Of a DNA stretch of 64,000 nt, positions 27,569 to 37,530 are shown piece by piece. The number at the start of each line of letters is the position of its first letter. Positions within the stretch are counted from its first letter, which is position 1. The stretch comes from Smithellaceae bacterium. GTDB lineage: Bacteria; Desulfobacterota; Syntrophia; Syntrophales; Smithellaceae. Below the pieces are notes generated by a model. That model did not search any database. It had not been told where the DNA came from and saw nothing but the letters and a program-made list of their open reading frames with translations. A program made the position numbers and the translations under genes. The stretch lies in contig CAXXVL010000002.1 of NCBI GenBank assembly GCA_963667845.2, positions 1,952,001-2,016,000 of the forward strand, given 5' to 3'.

Positions 27569-28882
27569 ATGGAAAATTTGTCCAATACAAAGAAATCGGA
27601 CGTTCTTCCGGAGTTTCAGGCTTTTCTTTTGGCGAAGAAATTGGCTTCGGATAAGAATGCCTTCTTTTATGCTCTCTGGGTGAGCAAATTTTTCAATTTC
27701 GCCCGCAAAAAGCAGCTGCCCGCGGATGCCTATCAGGAAAACGCCGTCATCGAGTTTATCGAAACGCTTAAAGCCAATCCAAATTGTACCGAATGGCAGA
27801 TCAGACAGGCTGGTGATGCAATTCGGTTGTATTATTTTCATTTTCGCGGTCTTACGTCCGATCATTCGTTGCCGGCAAATGCCGCCTGCTTTTTCCCCGA
27901 ACTTCTTAAAGAATCAAAAAGGCTGATCAGACTGAAGCATTATTCATACAGTACCGAAAAGACGTACCTGCAATGGATCAGCCGCTTTTTTGAATATACC
28001 AGCCAAACAATAAAAAAAGAAACGGCTGCGGCGTTGAATTCGGATGACTGCAAGAATTTCCTGAGTTGTCTGGCGATCAGGGAAAAGGTATCGGCTTCCA
28101 CTCAGAATCGGGCGTTTAATGCGCTTCTTTTCCTTTTCCGCAGCGTGCTTTGCAAAGATATCGACAATCTTTCCGACACCGTCCGCGCAAAACGTGGACA
28201 GAAGCTTCCCGTTGTGCTTTCCGTTGAGGAAGTCAAAAAGCTGCTGGGCTGCTTGAAAGACAGAGATCTGCTGATTGCCGGACTGCTGTATGGTTCAGGA
28301 TTGAGATTGATGGAACTGGTCCGCCTGAGGATTAAGGACATCGATCTGGATATGAATACAGTCACCGTGCGCAGCGGCAAAGGCGACAAGGATCGAACAA
28401 CTATTTTACCGGCTGCCGTTAAAGGTCAGTTGCAGGCGCACATGAAAGACGTTAAGCTGCTGCATGAACAGGATCTGTCACTGGGCCACGGTGAGGTTCA
28501 TCTCCCCGATGCCCTGATCAGAAAATATCCGAAAGCCGGCAGGGACTGGGCCTGGCAATATGTCTTTCCCGCAGGCAATCTTTCTGTTGACCCGCGAACC
28601 GGACGTGTCGGCCGTCATCATCTGAGCGATGCGACGGTACAGGCGATGATGAAAAAAGCAATTCAAGTTGCCGGAATTCCCAAGCACGCTACCGTACATA
28701 CGCTGCGCCACAGTTTTGCGACGCATTTGTTGATGAATGGCGTCAATATCCGCGAAGTACAGGAATTGCTGGGGCATAAAAATGTGGAAACGACGATGAT
28801 TTATACACACGTGCTGCGCGATATGTCGCACGCGCCGCAAAGTCCGCTCGACGCGCTTTTGGCTCCTGCGAAGCAGGTTTGA
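27569..28882 (+). CDS. intI: Integron integrase, long form
   Basis: HYSYSTEKTY, SASTQNRAFNALLF, YGSGLRLME, GKGDKDR, integron-specific insert (LPDALIRKYPKAGRDWAWQYVFP), HTLRHSFATH, LLGH...TTMIYTH. Confidence 0.97.
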   Translation: MENLSNTKKSDVLPEFQAFLLAKKLASDKNAFFYALWVSKFFNFARKKQLPADAYQENAVIEFIETLKANPNCTEWQIRQAGDAIRLYYFHFRGLTSDHSLPANAACFFPELLKESKRLIRLKHYSYSTEKTYLQWISRFFEYTSQTIKKETAAALNSDDCKNFLSCLAIREKVSASTQNRAFNALLFLFRSVLCKDIDNLSDTVRAKRGQKLPVVLSVEEVKKLLGCLKDRDLLIAGLLYGSGLRLMELVRLRIKDIDLDMNTVTVRSGKGDKDRTTILPAAVKGQLQAHMKDVKLLHEQDLSLGHGEVHLPDALIRKYPKAGRDWAWQYVFPAGNLSVDPRTGRVGRHHLSDATVQAMMKKAIQVAGIPKHATVHTLRHSFATHLLMNGVNIREVQELLGHKNVETTMIYTHVLRDMSHAPQSPLDALLAPAKQV

Positions 28883-28979
28883 AGATATTCGGGGCAAATG
28901 GGAATTGCGGCAGCTCCGGGACGCAGAATTCTGCGCTTGCGGTTGAGCCTTGAGGGATGCGGCGGTGAAAAGGAAAGCG

Positions 28980-29537
28980 TCAGACGGACGCGGTCCGGAT
29001 TTTTTCCAGCCGTTCTTTCAGGGTTGATTGGACTTTGCGGTATTTCCAGGACAGAACGCTGAGTTCAAATTCTTCAAATTCCCGGATCAGGTTATTCTGT
29101 TCGTCCGGTGTGAAAGACGCGTACACGGGGCCGGAAAAAAGTTTGTCCTCTTTTGCGATATGGCGGGGATAAAATGTGGTCAATTCCTGCAGGCAGTCGA
29201 TCACGCCCTGAGGCGTGTCATTCCCGTCAAAGTATTCTTCCGCTGCAATCATCCATCTGCTGATGATGCCGCGGGAGTATTTGTGCTCCGCAATCAACTC
29301 GTTCAGCACTTGGACAGGCTCATCGGCAAGCTTCTTTTGCAGGAGCTTCCGAAAGAGGATATCTTCTTTTCCCTGGTGCACGAGGTCAGTATAGGTGCGG
29401 ACGAAATCAATGGAGGTCTCGATGGCCAAGAGATCGACCCGCTGCTGTTCCTTGATCTGCGCGATTTCCGCCTCAAACACATCCAGGGTGTTTTTGATCA
29501 CCCGGTGTTCTTCCATTAAAGATTCGATCACATTCAT
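28980..29537 (-). CDS. Hemerythrin-domain protein
   Basis: LMEEH, HQGKEDILF, LIAEH, HIAKED. Confidence 0.85.
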   Translation of the reverse strand: MNVIESLMEEHRVIKNTLDVFEAEIAQIKEQQRVDLLAIETSIDFVRTYTDLVHQGKEDILFRKLLQKKLADEPVQVLNELIAEHKYSRGIISRWMIAAEEYFDGNDTPQGVIDCLQELTTFYPRHIAKEDKLFSGPVYASFTPDEQNNLIREFEEFELSVLSWKYRKVQSTLKERLEKIRTASV

Positions 29538-29650
29538 GGACTCTCCAGTGCCGTCATCAGGATTACACGCATGAACCTGTGTGATTCTTAATGTAAGAAC
29601 AACGGCCGCGCGTGTCAATAACTGTCCGCGAAATGTGGGAAGAACAAAGA

Positions 29651-29688
29651 GGGGCATGCCGTCCCGGATTCTTCAGACGGCATGCCCC
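29651..29688 (-). terminator. Hairpin, probable terminator
   Basis: 13-bp stem GGGGCATGCCGTC/GACGGCATGCCCC after the enoyl-CoA hydratase gene. Confidence 0.55.
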
Positions 29689-29726
29689 GGCGGGTCAGAC
29701 AGACCGGAAAAAGGGAAGGTGTCCGT

Positions 29727-30431
29727 TTATTTCCTGGTAAGCCAGGTCACCAATTCTTTTTCAAATACACTCATCGCGTAGTCCGCTTCTTTTTGACGCA
29801 TCATCTGCTTCGTGGCCCCGTAGGCCGGGCCGTCGAGCCGGAACAAATCCCGGGCATAGGTTTTGGCAAGCTCCATTACGTCCTGTCCATCGCAGGCCAG
29901 ATCATCGATGATTCCCTTTTCGAAAGCTTCGCGGGGCGAATAGACATGCGAGTGGAGCAGGACTTCTTTCCACCAGCGCGGGGGAATGGATGAACGGCAG
30001 ATCGTGCTGATCCACGTCGGAATAACCATTTTGTTGGCCACTTCATTAATCTGGACTTTGTAGGGGCCGTCGGTGGCCATAAAGCGATCGCAGGCGAAAG
30101 AAAGAATGGCTCCGCCCGCAATGGAATGGCCGGTATAAGCGGCAATCGTCGGAATCGGAAAGAGATAAAGCCGCAGCATGGTATCGGCGAACATCCTCTG
30201 AAAAATAAGGGCCTCCTGCATCGTCTGGACGGCAAGCAGCTTCAGGTCCAGGCCGGCCGAAAAAACACCGGGCCGGCTCGTAAAGATCACGGCGGCCGCC
30301 TGGTCGGTCTGGGCCCGATCGAGCGACGCGTTGAGTTCATTAAAAAAATCCCAGTTCATCACGTTCATTTTACCGTCGTCCAGTTTGATCATGGCTATCC
30401 GGTCTTCAATTGAATACGTCATTTTTGCCAT
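29727..30431 (-). CDS. Enoyl-CoA hydratase/isomerase family
   Basis: FSAGLDLK, GHSIAGGAILSFACD. Confidence 0.88.
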   Translation of the reverse strand: MAKMTYSIEDRIAMIKLDDGKMNVMNWDFFNELNASLDRAQTDQAAAVIFTSRPGVFSAGLDLKLLAVQTMQEALIFQRMFADTMLRLYLFPIPTIAAYTGHSIAGGAILSFACDRFMATDGPYKVQINEVANKMVIPTWISTICRSSIPPRWWKEVLLHSHVYSPREAFEKGIIDDLACDGQDVMELAKTYARDLFRLDGPAYGATKQMMRQKEADYAMSVFEKELVTWLTRK

Positions 30432-30472
30432 TTGCTGATTCTCCTTTTTATCATGTTGTCTTCACGTCCGGC

Positions 30473-30500
30473 ATACTAGCAGGATCGATATTTATGTCAA
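30473..30500 (-). promoter_or_regulatory. Candidate sigma70 promoter
   Basis: TTGACA-16-TAGTAT with TG extension. Confidence 0.4.
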
Positions 30501-30749
30501 TGGTTAGATGCAAATTGGGCTCTGCGGCAGCTGATGCGGGTCGAGGCGGCATTCCCGAGGAGTATTCACCAGGGCACAAGCAGCCCGGGTGATAGTTATC
30601 TCCTGCGATTCACCATACATTTTTTCCCCATTGCTTTGCGCCCGGACGGCATTAATTAAATACTCGACACTCCAAAGAGTCGTTTTTTATGTCCGAAAAA
30701 GCGGCGTTGTCCGACTTCGCGCCAACCGTATTCCAGAAAGGAGATCGAC

Positions 30750-31790
30750 ATGAAAGCATTAATTTATCACGGCCCGGGAAAAATCGCCTGGGAAGAGAAA
30801 CAAAAACCGGCCATCACAAAGGAAACCGATGCCGTCGTCAAGATTCTCAAAACGACTATCTGCGGAACGGACCTGCATATTCTCAAAGGAGATGTTCCGA
30901 CCGTAACCCCCGGACGCATTCTGGGGCATGAGGGCATCGGCGTCGTCGATGCCGTGGGCGCCGCCGTATCGAACTTCAAAGTGGGCGACAAGGTGCTGAT
31001 CGCCTGCATTACGGCCGACGGGAAATGTCCCTACTGCAAAGTCGGCATGTATTCCCACTGCCAGGACGGCGGCTGGATGCTGGGCAACACCATTGACGGC
31101 ACGCAGGCCGAGTACGTGCGGATTCCCCATGCCGACACCAGCTTGTACCTGATGCCGCAGGGCGTGGACGAGGAGGCGGTCGTCATGCTGAGCGATGTTC
31201 TGCCCACGGGCTACGAATGCGGCGTCCTCAAGAGCCAGGTCAAGCCCGGCGATGCCGTGGCGATCGTCGGCGCAGGCCCGGTCGGCTTTGCCGCCCTGCT
31301 GACGGCGAACCTCTATTCGCCCGGACAGTTGATTGTGATTGATGTCAACGACTACCGGCTGGAGCTCGCCAAGAAGTACTGCGCGACGAGCGTGATCAAC
31401 AGCTCGAAGACCGATGCCGTGAAGGAGGTTATGGAACTCACCGCGCAGAAAGGCGCCGATGCGGTGATTGAAGCGGTCGGCCTCCCCGCAACTTTTGATA
31501 TTTGTCAGGCGATTGTGGCGCCCGGCGGCCGCATCGCCAACATCGGCGTGCACGGCAAGAGCGTCGAGTTGCATATGGAAAGGCTCTGGTCCCATAACAT
31601 TACGCTGACCACCCGCCTGGTGGATACGGAGACTATTCCGCTTCTGATGCGGCTCATTACAGCCGAGCAGATCTGCCCCCGGGAGTTGATCTCGCATCAC
31701 TTCGCGCTTTCGGCGATCGAGAAAGCTTACACCATCTTTAAAAATGCCCAGGCCGAAAAGGCCATGAAAGTGATGCTGACCGGCGATTAG
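30750..31790 (+). CDS. Zinc-dependent alcohol dehydrogenase
   Basis: ICGTDLH, GHEG, GAGPVG. Confidence 0.93.
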   Translation: MKALIYHGPGKIAWEEKQKPAITKETDAVVKILKTTICGTDLHILKGDVPTVTPGRILGHEGIGVVDAVGAAVSNFKVGDKVLIACITADGKCPYCKVGMYSHCQDGGWMLGNTIDGTQAEYVRIPHADTSLYLMPQGVDEEAVVMLSDVLPTGYECGVLKSQVKPGDAVAIVGAGPVGFAALLTANLYSPGQLIVIDVNDYRLELAKKYCATSVINSSKTDAVKEVMELTAQKGADAVIEAVGLPATFDICQAIVAPGGRIANIGVHGKSVELHMERLWSHNITLTTRLVDTETIPLLMRLITAEQICPRELISHHFALSAIEKAYTIFKNAQAEKAMKVMLTGD

Positions 31791-32028
31791 GCGATTCCCT
31801 GCGCAGGGTCTTGAGGGGCATGGATGTCTTCCCGTGCAGCCGCCGGGGCGATGACGGCACGGCAAAGCATCATCCCCTCATATTTTCCTTGCCTTTCGCT
31901 TGGTAGGTTTTCCCTCCCGATCGACCCACAATTTATTCTTATTGAATCCTCCATAGAGGCACCTTAAGTTATTTAAAATGCAGGACAATATTTCCTGCAG
32001 CCAGAGGAGCCCAGCGGAGGCAAGAAGC

Positions 32029-32535
32029 ATGGCCACGATTGCAGTGATTATCACCAATATGTTCGAAGACTCGGAATACTCGGAGCCGGTTCAAGCCTTT
32101 CTTCGCGCCGGCCACCGGGTCGTACACGTCGGCATCAAAGCGGGGGATACCGTCAAAGGATTGAAGATGGGCACGCCGGTTGTCATTGACCAGACGGTCA
32201 GGGGGCTGCGCATCGATGGGTTCGACGCCCTGCTGATTCCCGGAGGGTATTCTCCCGACGGACTGAGAAGCAACGACGAGGCTGTCCGTTTCGCCCGGGA
32301 ATTCATGGAAAGCGGGAAACCCGTTTTTGTGATCTGTCATGGTCCGCAGCTGCTGATCAACGCCCGCGTCTTAAAAGGCCGGAAAATCACCGGGTGGAAA
32401 TCGGTGAAGGAAGACATCATCAATGCCGGAGCAACATTTGTGGACGAGGCGGTTGTCGAAGACGGCAACCTTATTTCCAGCCGCAGTCCCGCCGACCTCC
32501 CGGCGTTTATCGAGGCGTCGTTGAAAAGGCTGTAG
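32029..32535 (+). CDS. PfpI/DJ-1 family protein (YhbO-like)
   Basis: FEDSE, IPGGYSPD, ICHGPQLL, SRSPADLPAF. Confidence 0.92.
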   Translation: MATIAVIITNMFEDSEYSEPVQAFLRAGHRVVHVGIKAGDTVKGLKMGTPVVIDQTVRGLRIDGFDALLIPGGYSPDGLRSNDEAVRFAREFMESGKPVFVICHGPQLLINARVLKGRKITGWKSVKEDIINAGATFVDEAVVEDGNLISSRSPADLPAFIEASLKRL

Positions 32536-32577
32536 TTTGTTTCGGCGGTAAAATTTTTATGAAGAAGGAGAAAGCCT

Positions 32578-33243
32578 ATGGATCGTTTTCAAGACAGAGC
32601 AGATGCCGGGGTTTATCTGGCGGAACAGCTGCAAAAGTACGCCAATAAACCCGATACCATCGTCCTGGGGTTGCCGCGGGGCGGCGTCGTCGTCGCGTAT
32701 GAAGTGGCGCGTGGACTGGGTTTGCCTCTCGACGTTTTTCTTGTCCGGAAATTAGGGGTTCCCGGATACGAAGAACTGGCCCTGGGAGCGATTGCATCGG
32801 GCGGCGTCCAGGTGATCAATCAGGATGTCCTGAGGAACATTCGAATCCCTCAGTCCCAGATTCAGGAAATAGCGGCCAAGGAAACGGAAGAACTCAAAAG
32901 GCGCGAACGCGTCTACCGGCGTGACCGCGAGCCGCTCGCGGTCAAGAGCTGGACGGTTATTCTGGTTGACGATGGCCTGGCCACGGGCGCGACCATGCGT
33001 GCCGCCGTCGCGGCGCTCCGCAAGCTCGGACCGCGCAAAATCGTCATTGCCGTTCCGGTGGCGTCAGTCGAAGCCTGTGAGGAATTTCGCAAGGCTGTCG
33101 ATGAGATCGTGTGCGGCATCACCCCGGCGCAGTTTCATGCGGTGGGGGCCTGGTATGAAGATTTTTCGCAAACGACTGATCAAGAAGTTATCGAATTACT
33201 GCGGGAGGCAGAAACTCCCGGAGAAACCGCAGGAGCCATGTAA
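32578..33243 (+). CDS. Phosphoribosyltransferase family protein
   Basis: [29 protein letters not shown]. Confidence 0.9.
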   Translation: MDRFQDRADAGVYLAEQLQKYANKPDTIVLGLPRGGVVVAYEVARGLGLPLDVFLVRKLGVPGYEELALGAIASGGVQVINQDVLRNIRIPQSQIQEIAAKETEELKRRERVYRRDREPLAVKSWTVILVDDGLATGATMRAAVAALRKLGPRKIVIAVPVASVEACEEFRKAVDEIVCGITPAQFHAVGAWYEDFSQTTDQEVIELLREAETPGETAGAM

Positions 33244-33926
33244 TGAATACAGTCCAAAAAAAAATATACGATCATGTAGACGAGATGGCCGTGCACATCC
33301 CGGTCGGCCGTGTGCTGCTGGAAGGCGATCTGGCGATTCCGGCCGGCGCCGCGAGCATCATTCTTTTTGCCCATGGCAGCGGCAGCAGCCGCCTGAGCTC
33401 GCGCAACCGGTATGTGGCCAAGTATCTGCAGCGCGAGGGCCTGGCGACTCTCCTGTTTGATCTGCTGACGTCTCAGGAAGAAAAGGTCGATAATTACAAT
33501 ATGCAGCTGCGCTTTGACATCGGTCTGCTCGCAACGCGGCTGTCCGGAGCAACGAGCTGGCTCAAAACGCAGAAGGATTTGGGGAAAATGCCTGTGGGCT
33601 ATTTTGGCGCCAGCACCGGCGCAGCGGCGGCCATGATCGCGGAAAACGAGCATCAGGACATTGTCCGGGCTGTTGTATCCCGGGGTGGAAGGCCGGACCT
33701 GGCCGGCCGGGCGCTTTCCATTGTCAAAGCGCCGACACTGTTTATCGTGGGCGGAAACGATTATCAAGTCATCACGCTCAATGAAGAAGCGATGGAAAGA
33801 GTAAAAGCCGTCAAGGAAATGACCATCGTGCCGGGAGCCACCCATCTTTTTGAAGAACCAGGCACGCTGGAGATGGTCGCCGATCTGGCGACATCCTGGT
33901 TTGCCAAATATTTGCAGATGACATAA
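33243..33926 (+). CDS. Dienelactone hydrolase family protein
   Basis: FAHGSGSSR, GASTG, SRGGRPDLA, HLFEEPG. Confidence 0.88.
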   Translation: MNTVQKKIYDHVDEMAVHIPVGRVLLEGDLAIPAGAASIILFAHGSGSSRLSSRNRYVAKYLQREGLATLLFDLLTSQEEKVDNYNMQLRFDIGLLATRLSGATSWLKTQKDLGKMPVGYFGASTGAAAAMIAENEHQDIVRAVVSRGGRPDLAGRALSIVKAPTLFIVGGNDYQVITLNEEAMERVKAVKEMTIVPGATHLFEEPGTLEMVADLATSWFAKYLQMT

Positions 33927-33980
33927 CGCCGAGACTTGTGATAAGAAATCGTCACAAATATTCTTCATCAAGTGGGCGTT

Positions 33981-34640
33981 ATGAAAATGATGAATTGTCT
34001 GATCATTACCGACATCCAGTACGATTTCTGCCCCGGCGGCGCGCTGGCCGTAGCCGGCGGAGATCAAACGATTCCCATCATCAATAAGATATCATCAAAA
34101 TTCGACAAGGTGATTGCCACGCAGGACTGGCACCCGCCCGGCCACATGTCCTTTGCCTCGAACTACGGCCGCCATCCCTACGAGGTGATGACGATAGTCA
34201 ATCAGGAGCAAGTCCTCTGGCCTGATCACTGCGTGCAGGGAAGCCCAGGCGCCAGGCTGCACAAGAACCTGAATCTGGGGCCGGTGGATCTGATCATCCG
34301 CAAAGGCAACGATCCGAACATCGATTCCTATTCGTCATTCGTAGAGAACGACAAAGTGACCAAGACCGGCCTTCAATATTATCTCTGGGGGCTGGGGGTG
34401 AAACACATTTATATCTGCGGGCTGGCCACGGATTACTGCGTTTATTTCAGCGCGATGGACGCAATCGCCCTGGGGTTTAAAGTCACGGTGATCATCGACG
34501 CCTGCCGGGGCGTAGATGTCCCTTCAGGCAATATGAAAAAAGTAATAGGCGAGATGCGCAGGGAGCATATCATGATTGAGACGCATGATGTGATTTTGTC
34601 GCAGAATCTCACCTCCGATCGGTTCGGCCGCGGTAAATAA
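33981..34640 (+). CDS. pncA: Nicotinamidase/pyrazinamidase
   Basis: DIQYDFCPGGAL, QDWHP, WPDHC, GLATDYCV. Confidence 0.94.
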   Translation: MKMMNCLIITDIQYDFCPGGALAVAGGDQTIPIINKISSKFDKVIATQDWHPPGHMSFASNYGRHPYEVMTIVNQEQVLWPDHCVQGSPGARLHKNLNLGPVDLIIRKGNDPNIDSYSSFVENDKVTKTGLQYYLWGLGVKHIYICGLATDYCVYFSAMDAIALGFKVTVIIDACRGVDVPSGNMKKVIGEMRREHIMIETHDVILSQNLTSDRFGRGK

Positions 34641-34644
34641 TCTC

Positions 34645-35997
34645 TTACAACTTCCGCCGGGCGTCGATGAGCGCCTGTGCGGATTCACGGAGCCTCCGCA
34701 CGCCGGGGTCCATATCCACAGGGTAGGACGCGGTCGGTTCGAGCCCGCGCAGGTTCGCAGGCAGCGCCCGGAGCTGATCTTTCACGTGCGCCGCGATTGA
34801 TGCGAAGGAGGGAGAAGCGCTCAACCGCCGTCCTTCTTTCATCACGTGCTCCAGAAGCGGCAATCCTTCCACCCCCGAATTGCTCAGCGACACCGTATCG
34901 CCCGTCATGATGCCTTCCTGAAAACACCGGAAGACCTGCTTCGCGCCGGGAATCGTTTGTTTGCCGGATGAGTATTTCATTGTCGGCTTGCCCGCATATT
35001 CCATCAGCTTATAAGCGCATTCCAGGTAAGGCGCGTCTTCGACGGTATCCAGTTTCGTGCCGATCCCTAACCCGTCAATGGGTGCGGAGGCGGTAAGCAG
35101 CCGGTCGATTTCATATTCATCGAGATTGCCGCTGGCAAAGATCTTCACATGAGCGAGACCGTAGCCGTTCAGGATGCGGCGGACCTCAAAAGACAGGTTC
35201 AGGATGTCGCCGCTGTCGATCCGGACGGCGCTGGTGGTGATCCGCTCCGGCGCGAGCGCGAGGGCGGCCCGGGCTGCGTGGTGCGCACCGTTTAGCGTAT
35301 CATAGGTGTCGATAAGTAGGGTCACGTTATTCGGGTTGGACCTCGCGAAGGCCAGGAACGCTTCCTCTTCGCCGCCCATGGCTTCGATGAAGGAGTGGGC
35401 CATCGTTCCGTAGAGAGGGATGCCGTACTCCGCGCCGGCCAGGACATTGGACGTCCCCGCAAAACCCATGGCATAAGAGGCGCGCGCAGCCAACATCCCG
35501 GCTTCGGCTCCATGGGCGCGGCGCAATCCGAAATCCACCAGGAGTGCTTTGCCGCCGGCCGCCCCAAGGCAGCGGACCGCCTTTGTGGCGATGCTGATTT
35601 CAAAATTCAGCAGATTAATGACGCGGGTCTCCACGATCTGCGCAACGGGCAGCGGCGCGGTCACCCGGAGAACGGGTTCATTGGCAAAAAAGATTGTTCC
35701 TTCGGGCAGGGCGTGGACATCCCCCTTAAAAGAACACGAGGCCAGGTAATCCAAAAGCTTCCCTGAGAATCTGCCTGTCCGGGCTAGTGTTCGGATTTCA
35801 TCCGACGTGAAATGAAAGGTTGTGAGAAAGTCGAGGACCGATTCGAGACCGCACGCAACAAGGAATCCGCGTTTTATCGGCAGCTGACGCACATAAAATT
35901 CGAAGACGGCTTCCTGATCCATGCCTGAGTCAAGGTAGGTTTGCACCATCGTGAACTGGTACAAATCGGTCAAGAGCGGGCTCGCGGATAAAGTCAT
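34645..35997 (-). CDS. pncB: Nicotinate phosphoribosyltransferase
   Basis: LLTDLYQFTM, DFGLRRAH, GTMAHS, LIDTYD, RIDSGD. Confidence 0.95.
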   Translation of the reverse strand: MTLSASPLLTDLYQFTMVQTYLDSGMDQEAVFEFYVRQLPIKRGFLVACGLESVLDFLTTFHFTSDEIRTLARTGRFSGKLLDYLASCSFKGDVHALPEGTIFFANEPVLRVTAPLPVAQIVETRVINLLNFEISIATKAVRCLGAAGGKALLVDFGLRRAHGAEAGMLAARASYAMGFAGTSNVLAGAEYGIPLYGTMAHSFIEAMGGEEEAFLAFARSNPNNVTLLIDTYDTLNGAHHAARAALALAPERITTSAVRIDSGDILNLSFEVRRILNGYGLAHVKIFASGNLDEYEIDRLLTASAPIDGLGIGTKLDTVEDAPYLECAYKLMEYAGKPTMKYSSGKQTIPGAKQVFRCFQEGIMTGDTVSLSNSGVEGLPLLEHVMKEGRRLSASPSFASIAAHVKDQLRALPANLRGLEPTASYPVDMDPGVRRLRESAQALIDARRKL

Positions 35998-36136
35998 AGG
36001 GGCGCTTTCGCATCCGATCCATATCGGGAAGATGTATTTTTTGACGAGACATTATAAGACGGGGTCAGACGGGAGTCAAGCCGGCATTGGGGGAACTTAC
36101 CTTGCGTGGGCTGGGCCCGCTCAAAAGAAGCCGCGG

Positions 36137-36727
36137 TCAGCATCTTTCCAGAATTTTGCGGTAGTCTTCCGGCGTGTCCATATCCAGCAAAACACCTTCA
36201 TCCTCGACAGGGATGAAACATATTTTTTCGCGATGCGCATTGAGGATATCGCGAAGCGATGCGCTGCGGTTGATTTCCTCCAGAATCAATCGGGGAAAAA
36301 GCGTCGGATGCCCTTTGCGTCCATGACACGTAGGGACGATGATCCGGTCGGGACAGGTCCGGTGCTCTTTGATCATGGCCGTGATCGTCGATGAGAGCAC
36401 CAGCGGATGATCGCACAAACCAATCAGGATGCCCTGCGGGATTCCCGGGATGGATTTCAATCCCGCCCGGATGGATTCGGCCATATCGCTTCCGGGGACA
36501 TCGTTTGTTGCGATCGTCACCCCGAACCGCTTGATCGCCTCCACCACGTCGCGCCCCTCCGGACTGACCACCACCGTAATATCGCTGATGCCCGCCTTGC
36601 GGATCGTTGCGAGGCAGCAGGCGACGGCGGTCTGATCATGAACCGGAAGAAGCTGCTTGGCGGTTCCCATCCTCGACGACCTTCCTGCGGCCAGGAGAAT
36701 CGCTTGCGGCGTTAATTCCACTTTCAC
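36137..36727 (-). CDS. mocA: Molybdenum cofactor cytidylyltransferase-like (MocA)
   Basis: LAAGRSSRMG.AKQLL, GHP.LF, DMDTPEDY; next to xdhC/iorAB. Confidence 0.8.
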   Translation of the reverse strand: MKVELTPQAILLAAGRSSRMGTAKQLLPVHDQTAVACCLATIRKAGISDITVVVSPEGRDVVEAIKRFGVTIATNDVPGSDMAESIRAGLKSIPGIPQGILIGLCDHPLVLSSTITAMIKEHRTCPDRIIVPTCHGRKGHPTLFPRLILEEINRSASLRDILNAHREKICFIPVEDEGVLLDMDTPEDYRKILERC

Positions 36728-37484
36728 TCCTTTTTTGAATCAGCTGAGCGACGATGCTTACGGCAATTTCTTCCGGACTCTCGGCGCCGATGGCGAGTCC
36801 GACGGGACTAATCACGCGGTCGATGTCCGCGCCGGTAAATCCTTCTTCCGCAAGCGTTTTCATGAGGACGGCACGCTTGCGCCGGCTGCCGATCATGCCG
36901 ATAAATCCCGCCTGCGTTTTGAGGGCGGCGCGCACGGCGGCAAAATCGCCTTCATGGTCGGGTGTGGCAATGACGATATAATCGTTGGGTGTGACCTGAA
37001 GGGCCGGAAGAACTCTTTCGCTTTTCCCGATGACGATGTCGTCGGCATCCGGCAGGCGTTCCTTGGTGGCATAGCCGGAACGTTCGTCGGACAGGACCAC
37101 GCGAAAGCCCGCGAATTTCGCCGCCCGGCAAAGCGCCTGCCCCACGTGGCCCGCGCCGAAGATCACGAGGCGGCAAGCCAGGCCGAGCGGTTCGATAAAG
37201 ACGATAACCTTTCCGCCGCAGACGTGACCGTATTTTTCCGTAAGAACCAGGGAAATCGTCTGCGGTTTACCGTCGCTGATGGAATCCAGCGCCGCGTCAA
37301 TGACTTCCTGCTCGGCCGTTCCGCCGCCGATGGTTCCCCTGATCGAACGATCGGAACGCACCAGCATTTTTGCTCCCGGCTTGCGCGGGGAGGAGCCGCT
37401 GCCGTCCACGACCGTTGCCAGGGCAAAAGGAATATTATTTTTGGACAACTGTACAACTTCTTCAAACAGAGCAAGATCATTCAT
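36636..37484 (-). CDS. xdhC: XdhC/CoxI family Moco maturation chaperone
   Basis: GSSPR.PGAKM, GTIGGG, CGG, FGAGHV, GMIGSRRK, PEEIAVSI. Confidence 0.9.
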   Translation of the reverse strand: MNDLALFEEVVQLSKNNIPFALATVVDGSGSSPRKPGAKMLVRSDRSIRGTIGGGTAEQEVIDAALDSISDGKPQTISLVLTEKYGHVCGGKVIVFIEPLGLACRLVIFGAGHVGQALCRAAKFAGFRVVLSDERSGYATKERLPDADDIVIGKSERVLPALQVTPNDYIVIATPDHEGDFAAVRAALKTQAGFIGMIGSRRKRAVLMKTLAEEGFTGADIDRVISPVGLAIGAESPEEIAVSIVAQLIQKRSESGINAASDSPGRRKVVEDGNRQAASSGS

Positions 37485-37530
37485 CTGCCGGCCTCCTGTT
37501 GTTTATGCTGTTTATTGTACATGTGTATCT

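Larger units (their letters stand above)
14729..28882. mobile_element. Sedentary integron with cassette array
   Basis: intI divergent from co-oriented genes separated by attC sites; no transposase nearby. Confidence 0.93.

Noticed and set aside
36636..36736. 92-nt overlap of xdhC with mocA as a designed overlap
   Set aside because: One more base in the T6 run at 36731-36736 would give a clean stop next to the mocA start; a homopolymer error or trivial extension is more likely
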